NCBI GenBank assembly: GCA_048569615.1
Contig: JBLIRK010000005.1
Location: 2,036-66,035, forward strand
Direction: 5' to 3'
Source of the DNA: Thermoplasmatota archaeon
Lineage (GTDB): Archaea > Thermoplasmatota > Penumbrarchaeia > Penumbrarchaeales > Penumbrarchaeaceae
DNA length: 64,000 nucleotides
Part shown: positions 9,858 to 17,338 of the stretch, piece after piece
Layout: each line of letters opens with the position of its first letter
Numbering within the stretch: the stretch's first letter is position 1
Made by a program: the position numbers and the translations under genes
The notes under the pieces: model-generated
Told to the model about the DNA's origin: nothing
What the model saw: only the letters and a program-made list of their open reading frames with translations
The model's database searches: none

Positions 9858-10772
9858 TTGATGATAGAGCCGTACATGGAGAAGAAGATCCAGAATGTCT
9901 TCCAACGATCACCCGTCTTCAAGCTGGGTGAGAGGGATAGGATGGTGGTCGTGTCGGACCTCCATATGGGAGACGGCTCGGTGAATGATGACTTCAAGAG
10001 GACCTCCCGTCTGTTCTCCGATGTTTTCAGCGGATATTACCTGGATAACGGCTTCGACCTTCTGCTGAATGGGGATGTCGAGGAGCTCCACAAGTTCGTC
10101 CTCCACGGGATCAGGAAGAGATGGGCTTCGATCTACGAGCTTTTTCAGAGGTTCCAGGACGAACTATCCCTTATGAAGATCATCGGGAACCACGACATGG
10201 ACATCTGGTCGAAGCGCTCCGAGGACATCATAAACGAGCATTACAGATCGGCAAGGATGAAGTTCAGGGACGCGGAACTCTTCTTCCTCCACGGCCACCA
10301 GGCATCCAACTACCTTGAGAGACTGCATAACACCCAGAGGGTCATGCTAAGGACCGTCGGGAATTCCTTCAAACTGAAGAATTTCACACTGGACCTTGGA
10401 AAGAAAGGCGTAACCAGGAAGGAGGAGCGGCTCAGCTCCTATTCGCTGCGAAAGGGTATAATGACCTTCATGGGGCACACGCACAGACCGCTCTTCGGGA
10501 GCGATTCCAGGACACCGCTGCTATACAATTCCGGGGCGGCAATAGGAAAGAAGGGGATAACCACCATCGAGATCGACAGGGGGAGGCTGAACCTCGTACA
10601 CTGGTGGGACAAGAAGGTGGTAAAGAGATACCTGAATCCCGACCGCTTCGACCCTGAGAGGCTTGGCAGGAGGGACGTGTACAGGGTTGTGCTCAAGAGC
10701 AGAAAACTTCAGGACATCTTCGACACCTGGTCCCTCCCCTCACGGGAAAGGATGCTCACCATGCATGTGTAG
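9858..10772 (+). CDS. Calcineurin-like metallophosphoesterase
   Basis: Motifs VVVSDLHMGDG, LLNGDVEE, IIGNHD, LHGHQ and GHTHRP. An A/T-rich TTAAAAATA lies upstream. Confidence 0.75.
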   Translation: MMIEPYMEKKIQNVFQRSPVFKLGERDRMVVVSDLHMGDGSVNDDFKRTSRLFSDVFSGYYLDNGFDLLLNGDVEELHKFVLHGIRKRWASIYELFQRFQDELSLMKIIGNHDMDIWSKRSEDIINEHYRSARMKFRDAELFFLHGHQASNYLERLHNTQRVMLRTVGNSFKLKNFTLDLGKKGVTRKEERLSSYSLRKGIMTFMGHTHRPLFGSDSRTPLLYNSGAAIGKKGITTIEIDRGRLNLVHWWDKKVVKRYLNPDRFDPERLGRRDVYRVVLKSRKLQDIFDTWSLPSRERMLTMHV

Positions 10773-11344
10773 CCGTCGAATCCCAGATGTTTGGAGAACC
10801 TCCTCATGGAATAGGATTCAATACCTGCCGTCTCCGGATTTGCAATCTTAACCTTCTTCGAGTCCATTTCCACTACAACGACCCAGTGCGGGATCGGCAC
10901 GATCTCCCTCATCAGCCTCGTGGAGATAAGGACGATGGGAAAGAAGCCTCGGTCCAGATCCTCCCTGATCCCTGCAGTTGTTGTCGTGCCCCTCTCCTCC
11001 AGGACGCCAAGCCTTCTTGCCTCTTCCTTTTTTGTTTCATAGAGCCTCTCCATTCTCTCCGCATCTATGGCGGGAAAATGGTCCTTGAGCCTTTTCGTGA
11101 ACCCGATCTCCTCGCCGCTCGCCCTTACCTTGACCTTGAAGCCTCTCCTCAGTGCCGCAAGAGCGAGACCGTAGGAACTGGTCGCCCTCGATTCCCCGAG
11201 GTTTGCATCCTCCCAGATTGAGACCTCCGTTCCAAGGCCGAGAGCTGTGTTCTCATCCATGGCTCCCATCACCATCAGGAGCGAGGCGGGGCCGCATGAA
11301 TAACCGAACGACTGCTTGTAAAGTGGAAATTTTCCCTTCACCAT
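10709..11344 (-). CDS. Peptidase C39-like (papain-fold) domain protein, orphan
   Basis: The N-terminus YKQSFGYSCGPASLLMV places the catalytic-Cys motif of C39 bacteriocin-processing peptidases. A downstream HWVVVVEMD matches the expected His. No ABC transporter lies adjacent. Confidence 0.5.
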   Translation of the reverse strand: MVKGKFPLYKQSFGYSCGPASLLMVMGAMDENTALGLGTEVSIWEDANLGESRATSSYGLALAALRRGFKVKVRASGEEIGFTKRLKDHFPAIDAERMERLYETKKEEARRLGVLEERGTTTTAGIREDLDRGFFPIVLISTRLMREIVPIPHWVVVVEMDSKKVKIANPETAGIESYSMRRFSKHLGFDGYTCMVSILSREGRDQVSKMS

Positions 11345-11592
11345 GGAACCAAGTATAAGAGTGTATTTAACCGATGTTCCTGAAAACTTATCATGGAAGG
11401 TGAAAAGGAGATATTTTCCGTTTTCATCCGATATCCGGTGACCGGATGTCCTTCAGGAATGCGGCGGAACTCAATATCGAACACGGGGACTCATCGAGGA
11501 AGAAGGGCCTTTGAGAGAAAGGTTAAATCCCCTTTTCCCCAATACTTCCAGGGGAGCTCAAGAAAATATTTCATGATCGGGGGAGCCTTAAT

Positions 11593-12531
11593 TTGAAAGA
11601 AGAGGTCAGGATATCCTGTATTTTCAATCCGGAGGCAGGCAGGGGGAGGTTCCGGATCGGTCCGTCGGAACTGGAGAAAATGCTGAAGGACAAGGCCAGG
11701 GAGAAGAACAAGGAGCTCCGGCTGGAGATGTCGGTCACCGAAAGGACAGGGGATGCCGAGAGGATTGCGAGGAAGCTCTCCAAGAAAGATACCGACACAA
11801 TCGTGGCCTGCGGCGGTGACGGGACCATTTATGAGGCGGCCAACGGCATGGTGGACAGCGGTAAGGCGCTTGGTATAATTCCGATCGGTTCGGGAAACGA
11901 TACGATGACCTCCATAAACGGCGGCCCCAGGCCCATGGACGACTGCATATCGGACATAATCAGGGGGATCAGACATTCGGTGGACGTAGGCATGATGAAC
12001 GACCGCTACTTCATGAACGTGGTGGGCGTGGGCATGGATGCAGCGATCAATCACGAAGTGGCAAAGAGGAGGGGAATGGTCCTCAGGTTCGGTCCCACGT
12101 TCCAGTATTTCTTCTGCACCTTCAGGGTGATACCGACCTGGAGGGACATGGAGATGCTGCTGACCATAGACGGCACCGGTGAGGTGAAGAGGGAGATAAA
12201 GATGCTCACCGTAGGGAACGGAACGACCTGCGGCGGCGGTTTCCGATTGACGCCGCTTGCCAGAATGGACGACGGCCTTTTGGACGTTGGTATAATCAAC
12301 AAGGCTGGAACTCTCAGAACGCTGACTAGCGTACCGAAGGCCTTCAAGGGAAAGCATCTGGACCTGGACCTGACGGATTACAGGAAGATGAGGTCTCTCA
12401 AGGTTAGGACCGAGGACGACAGGGAGCTGCCTTACCACATCGATGGGGAGAAGGGATTTGCCAGGTCCTTCGAGTTCCAGGTATTTCAGGGGAAGATGTG
12501 GACCGTCCATCCACTCAAGGGAGTGAATTGA
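11593..12531 (+). CDS. Lipid kinase of the YegS/BmrU (DAGK catalytic domain) family; TTG start
   Basis: NPEAGRG..., VACGGDGTIYEAANGM and GIIPIGSGND. An SD-like GGGGGAG lies 9 nt upstream of the TTG. Confidence 0.8.
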   Translation: MKEEVRISCIFNPEAGRGRFRIGPSELEKMLKDKAREKNKELRLEMSVTERTGDAERIARKLSKKDTDTIVACGGDGTIYEAANGMVDSGKALGIIPIGSGNDTMTSINGGPRPMDDCISDIIRGIRHSVDVGMMNDRYFMNVVGVGMDAAINHEVAKRRGMVLRFGPTFQYFFCTFRVIPTWRDMEMLLTIDGTGEVKREIKMLTVGNGTTCGGGFRLTPLARMDDGLLDVGIINKAGTLRTLTSVPKAFKGKHLDLDLTDYRKMRSLKVRTEDDRELPYHIDGEKGFARSFEFQVFQGKMWTVHPLKGVN

Positions 12532-12600
12532 ATTTTACCTTCAACTTATGGAGTTATCATTGTACAGATTGATATGAATATAATTTAATATGCGTCTCAA

Positions 12601-12618
12601 TATCGTAAAGAAAGACGG
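12601..12618 (+). promoter_or_regulatory. Second copy of the leader motif TATCGTAAAGAAAGACGG, followed by GGGAGGG (SD-like)
   Basis: See 2978..2995. The A/T-rich ATATAATTTAATAT lies just upstream. Confidence 0.35.
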
Positions 12619-12651
12619 GAGGGAATAACTCTGAAGAACCTCAAGATCCTC

Positions 12652-15594
12652 TTGCCCGCACTGTTGCTGCTGACCTCAACGGCTTTTCTATTCTCATTTG
12701 GGGCTGATCCGGCCCCCACCAGGGACATAACCGGGAACACCAAGGTATCAACCGGTCTGATGCAGTCCGCTTCCTTTTCGACTGTGGAGGTCTCCGATTT
12801 CGACGATGACGGTCAGGACGAGATCTTCCTGGGCGGGGCCGGGAGGAGCAACCCGAGGACCAGGGGCATCAGCGCTTATACGTTCCACACCAACAACAAC
12901 ACCTGGTCATCCTTCGGTTCGGGGCTCCCGGGTCCGGGCACGGGCGAGTACTACGGAGCCCTGGGTCTGGGCGACGTCAACAAGGACGGCAACATGGATA
13001 TTGCGGCCCCGATCCCGACTGCCTGGTATGCGACCTCCACGAACGAGGTCCACATCTACACTAGCACCTCCCAGGGAGCCTTCTCAAAGGCTCATACCTT
13101 TTCACTGGGCAAGTCCAGCAACGAGGCGGAGATAGCCGACCTTGACGGGGACGGGAACATGGATGTGATCGTCTCCTACGTTGGCGGTCTGAAGACCTAT
13201 TTCGGCTCGGGCTCCGCAACCTCATGGACAGATAAAAGTCCGAGTTCCAACGGCTACGAGATGGACGGCGTGGCGGTCGGGGACCTGAACCATGATGATC
13301 TTCTCGACCTGGTTGCCACACCGTATTTCTCGACCACCAAGGTCTTCATGTACATCCAGGGGAGCTCAAGGTCCTGGTCCGAGGTCACCTTCAAGAACAC
13401 AAGGAACGAGGCCTTCGGCATAAAGATAGCGGACGTCAACGGCGACGGGGACAACGACGTTATCTTCGGCTCCAGGGGAGAGGGTATAAAACTGTACTGC
13501 GGCAACGGAGGCGGCTCATCGGGAGGAACGTCCTTCTCATGGACCGATAACTCGACCGGTCTTCCGACCAGCGGCGGGGATTGGGGACAGGTGGAGCTCG
13601 GAGATGTGGATGGGGACGGCGACCTGGATGTTATAGCTTCTTCAAGCGGGTCCGACAGGGCGAGGATATTCCTCAACAATCTTCCCGGCTCATGGACCGA
13701 GCTGTTCACACAGTCCGCAGATTACCTCACCGTGGGCGGTTCGGCCTACGGCGCTAATTTCGGCGACTGGGACGGTGACGGGAGGCTGGATGCCACAGCC
13801 TGCTCATGGGGAGGGGGGGTCGATGCCTATCTTATCGACAGGAGCGGCTCTCCACCTCCTCCCCCGGTGAACCAGAGGCCCACCCCTGATGCGGGGGAGG
13901 ACCAGGAGGTAATGCTCGGAGATATCGTTTACCTCGATGGGAGAGACAGCTTCGACCCGGAGGATGCCCCCGACGGAGACGCCGCGGGCTCCGCGCTTAC
14001 CTATGACTGGAACGTAACCTCGTATCCATCGGGCTCGATCATAAGGGCCGCTTCCCTGCAACCGGGCGACTCCTCGTCACAGATCAGCTTTCAGCCGGAC
14101 AAGGCGGGTATCTATAAGCTGACCTTGAGCGTCAGGGACAGCGACGGCGCCTGGTCCAACCTATCCGACGAGGACGAGGTGATGATAAGGGTCCTGAAGC
14201 CGAACGATCCCCCTGTTGCCGATGCAGGAACGGACCTGTCAGGGTATGTAGGCAGCGAGATCAGGCTCAACGGGGCCGCTTCCTTCGACGTTGACGGCTC
14301 CATCGAAACATGGGAATGGACCTGCACCTCCCACACTTTGACCCTGAGCGATCAGGGCACCTCCAGTCCGTCTTTCGTTCCGGATACTCCCGGCGTCTAC
14401 ACTTTCAGACTCAGGGTCAGGGATGACAACGATACCTGGTCGGAGCCGGACACGGTGGATGCAACTGTGCTTGAGGTCGGTCAGAACCTTCCCCCTGTGG
14501 CCAATGCCGGACCCGACAAGAGCGCTCAGGTGGGAGAAACTGTGACACTTGACGGCTCCGGTTCCTATGACCTCGACGGATCGATAGTCACCTGGGATTG
14601 GACCTGCTCCTCCCATACGGTCGCGTTCCAGAGCCGAAACAGCTCCTCTCCTTCCTTCACGCCTGACCAGGCAGGTCCGCACTCCATCTCCCTCAGGGTC
14701 AGGGACGATAACGGAACGTGGTCCTCCTCAGACGGAGTGATCGTAAACGTGGATGAGCCCTATGTCAACCGGGCCCCCACGGCGGTCGCGGGAGAGGATA
14801 GAGAGGTACTGGTCGGCGACCTTGTCGTTCTGGACGGCAGGGATTCCATAGATCCTGACGGTATCGTGGTTCAGTACAACTGGACATGCACATCGCACTC
14901 CATCACGCTGAACGGAGCCCTAACAGCGACCCCATCCTTCGTTCCGGAAACGCCGGGTACCTATGTCTTCACCCTTTCTGTCTCGGACGACAGCGGGGCA
15001 TGGAGCGAGGAGGTCACGGTCACAATAACTGTCGATCCAGTTCCCGTGGTCCCAACCTTCGATATCCTTCTCGGCCCCTTCCTATATGACGACGGAAGCC
15101 CCATCTCCGGAGCCGAGGTGAAGCTCATCATCGGCGTCACCGAGTTCGTTAGAACGACGGACGGGACGGGAAAGGCCTCCTTTTCCGGCATAAAGGCGGG
15201 GGAGCACAAGGTGAAGGTATCCCTCGATGGAAAGGAGATCATCTCGCTTTTCGATATCGTCGTCACTGATGCGGGGTTAGTTAATGTGGAAGGGGGATAT
15301 CCCACAGCCTCGAGGGATGTTCAGCCCCAGCCGGATGACGATGATGAGATCCAGGATGATGACGGCGACACGGGATCGAGCAATATCGGCCTGATAGTGG
15401 GTGTCGCTCTTGGAGTGACAGCGCTCGTCGCAGCAGCGGTGATCGGCCTCCTTGTATTCCTGACCAGGAGGAAGTCCGGGGATGAAGAGGAGGAAGGTGA
15501 AGCGAAAGATGTCTGTCCCCGCTGCGGATGGCATCTGGAGATGGACGAGGACTTCAACAGGCTCAAGTGCTCCCGGTGCGGGAGGTTCGGGTGA
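12652..15594 (+). CDS. Large cell-surface protein: FG-GAP/VCBS beta-propeller, about 4 PKD-like domains, a carboxypeptidase-regulatory-like domain, a TM anchor and a cytoplasmic zinc-ribbon tail. The true start is possibly an in-frame CTG at 12631.
   Basis: FG-GAP-like repeats DFDDDGQDEIFLGG, GDVNKDGNMDIA, ADLDGDGNMDVIV, ADVNGDGDNDVIF, GDVDGDGDLDVIA and GDWDGDGRLDA. Repeated PKD-like units TWEWTCTSHTLTLS, TWDWTCSSHTVAFQ and QYNWTCTSHSITLN. TM helix IGLIVGVALGVTALVAAAVIGLLVFL then RRK. C-terminal CPRCG...CSRCG. Confidence 0.75.
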   Translation: MPALLLLTSTAFLFSFGADPAPTRDITGNTKVSTGLMQSASFSTVEVSDFDDDGQDEIFLGGAGRSNPRTRGISAYTFHTNNNTWSSFGSGLPGPGTGEYYGALGLGDVNKDGNMDIAAPIPTAWYATSTNEVHIYTSTSQGAFSKAHTFSLGKSSNEAEIADLDGDGNMDVIVSYVGGLKTYFGSGSATSWTDKSPSSNGYEMDGVAVGDLNHDDLLDLVATPYFSTTKVFMYIQGSSRSWSEVTFKNTRNEAFGIKIADVNGDGDNDVIFGSRGEGIKLYCGNGGGSSGGTSFSWTDNSTGLPTSGGDWGQVELGDVDGDGDLDVIASSSGSDRARIFLNNLPGSWTELFTQSADYLTVGGSAYGANFGDWDGDGRLDATACSWGGGVDAYLIDRSGSPPPPPVNQRPTPDAGEDQEVMLGDIVYLDGRDSFDPEDAPDGDAAGSALTYDWNVTSYPSGSIIRAASLQPGDSSSQISFQPDKAGIYKLTLSVRDSDGAWSNLSDEDEVMIRVLKPNDPPVADAGTDLSGYVGSEIRLNGAASFDVDGSIETWEWTCTSHTLTLSDQGTSSPSFVPDTPGVYTFRLRVRDDNDTWSEPDTVDATVLEVGQNLPPVANAGPDKSAQVGETVTLDGSGSYDLDGSIVTWDWTCSSHTVAFQSRNSSSPSFTPDQAGPHSISLRVRDDNGTWSSSDGVIVNVDEPYVNRAPTAVAGEDREVLVGDLVVLDGRDSIDPDGIVVQYNWTCTSHSITLNGALTATPSFVPETPGTYVFTLSVSDDSGAWSEEVTVTITVDPVPVVPTFDILLGPFLYDDGSPISGAEVKLIIGVTEFVRTTDGTGKASFSGIKAGEHKVKVSLDGKEIISLFDIVVTDAGLVNVEGGYPTASRDVQPQPDDDDEIQDDDGDTGSSNIGLIVGVALGVTALVAAAVIGLLVFLTRRKSGDEEEEGEAKDVCPRCGWHLEMDEDFNRLKCSRCGRFG

Positions 15595-16866
15595 ATGAGG
15601 GGAGCATTCCTCCTCTTTCTGTTTGCACTGCTTCTGTTCTCAGCAGCATATGTCCAGGGTTCCCATGAAGAGTTCGGCTCAGTGGAGCTCGTGAGGGAGC
15701 TCACGGGCCCCAGGTTCAATCACACGGCTACGCTTCTCAAGGATGGATGCGTACTGATCGCCGGAGGAACGGAGGATGGTCAGGCTTCGCTCTCCTCAGC
15801 GGAGATCTACTGCCCCGATGACAGGATCTGGCTTCCTTCCGGCGAGATGCTTGAGAAGAGGCAGAGGCACACTGCGGACCTGCTCCCGGACGGGCGCGTC
15901 CTGGCGGCCGGGGGTTTCAACGGGGAGGGGCATCCTTCGCTGATGAAGGATCTATCCCCCACCGGCAGCTTTTCGCTCTCCTCCACGGAGATCTACAATT
16001 CCTACAGGGAAGCGTGGGAAACCGGTCCCCCGCTTTCCACTGGCAGGTTCTGGCATCGGGCAGTGGTGTTAGGGGACGGCAATATCGTTGTCATCGGCGG
16101 TATCAATATCACCGAGGGAGCCCTTGCCTCCTGCGAGCTTTTCGATGTCCGGGCCTTCACATGGAAGGCATTTCCCTCCTTGAACGTCGGAAGGGCACGG
16201 TTCACTGCGGTCCTCCTCAGGGACGGAAGGATACTTGTTGCGGGGGGGCACGACGGTGCGGCAAAGAAACCCTACAGCTCCTGCGAGGTCTACGATCCTG
16301 CCCTGGGAAGGTGGGAGTTTACGGCTCCCATGAACAGGGCAAGGGGCTATCATGCAGGTGTTCTTCTTCCGGACGGCAGATACCTGGTGAGCGGGGGTTT
16401 TTCAGCTCCCGACAGACCCGACTGGTCTGATTCGGAGGTCTTCGATCCCTACGACGGGACCTGGACCATGTCAGGGGAGATGTCCTTTCCCCGGCACAAT
16501 CATGAGCTTGTGTCAACCGGGGGAGCGTATGTGGTCGTCATCGGAGGATCCAACTGTCTTACAGGGGGTTGCCACAGCACCATGGAGGTCTTCGAATCGG
16601 AGTCCATGGAATTCAGGGAGAGCTATCTTTCGTTGTTGGGAAGGAAATGGAGCACCGCAACGATGCTTACGGACGGGTCCGTTCTCATAGCCGGGGGACG
16701 GTCCTGCGGGGAGCCCACATCGATCACTGAGCTTTACGTACCCCCGGCGGAGGCTGAGGAAAATTATGAATTCTGGGGCAGCGATGCATCGATAATGCTC
16801 GTCGTCGGAGCGGTTCTGCTGGCAGCGGTCTCGCTTCTATGCAGGGCCCACGGAGGCAGTGGATAG
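15595..16866 (+). CDS. Kelch-repeat beta-propeller protein with signal peptide and C-terminal TM anchor
   Basis: The start is immediately after the upstream stop (TGAATG). Repeated Kelch-like LIAGG / VLAAGG / ILVAGG / YLVSGG blades. Hydrophobic N-terminus LLFLFALLLFSAAYVQG. C-terminal MLVVGAVLLAAVSLL. Confidence 0.75.
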   Translation: MRGAFLLFLFALLLFSAAYVQGSHEEFGSVELVRELTGPRFNHTATLLKDGCVLIAGGTEDGQASLSSAEIYCPDDRIWLPSGEMLEKRQRHTADLLPDGRVLAAGGFNGEGHPSLMKDLSPTGSFSLSSTEIYNSYREAWETGPPLSTGRFWHRAVVLGDGNIVVIGGINITEGALASCELFDVRAFTWKAFPSLNVGRARFTAVLLRDGRILVAGGHDGAAKKPYSSCEVYDPALGRWEFTAPMNRARGYHAGVLLPDGRYLVSGGFSAPDRPDWSDSEVFDPYDGTWTMSGEMSFPRHNHELVSTGGAYVVVIGGSNCLTGGCHSTMEVFESESMEFRESYLSLLGRKWSTATMLTDGSVLIAGGRSCGEPTSITELYVPPAEAEENYEFWGSDASIMLVVGAVLLAAVSLLCRAHGGSG

Positions 16867-17332
16867 GATGCCCGATAAGGGAATTCGTTGGTTCACGGAC
16901 ACCATTCCCCACTTGTTAACAGTGCTGACGGGAGCACTCGTGATGTTCTCCTGCTCGATATGGTTCGGGATCGCTTACATTGTGGTGGTCATCCTGGGTA
17001 TGCTTTGGTTCTGGGGGGCGATCTGCACGGCATGCAGGGCATACGGTTCCCGGAGCTGTCCAAGCGGTTACGGGATGATATCCTCGAGACTGTTCAAGAG
17101 GACCTCCGGTGATTTCAGGCGTGCATTCAAGTACCATATATTCTCGGTCGCGGTCCAGTGGTTCTTCCCGCTCCTTGCCGTCCCCTTCTGCCTCTATCTG
17201 CGTTTTTCTTGGCTCACACTGGTCCTGTACGGAATGTTCATTGTGATCGCCTTCGTATATCTTCCCTTTGCCTCGAAGGGAAAAGGCTGCTCCAGATGCC
17301 CGCAGAGAGGGGAATGCCCCTGGAAGCGGTGA
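16859..17332 (+). CDS. Small 4-TM membrane protein with a C-terminal Cys motif (CSRCPQRGECPW)
   Basis: Four hydrophobic segments. Overlaps the Kelch gene by 8 nt, so it is probably co-transcribed. No family recognised. Confidence 0.45.
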   Translation: MDRMPDKGIRWFTDTIPHLLTVLTGALVMFSCSIWFGIAYIVVVILGMLWFWGAICTACRAYGSRSCPSGYGMISSRLFKRTSGDFRRAFKYHIFSVAVQWFFPLLAVPFCLYLRFSWLTLVLYGMFIVIAFVYLPFASKGKGCSRCPQRGECPWKR

Positions 17333-17338
17333 TCCGGC

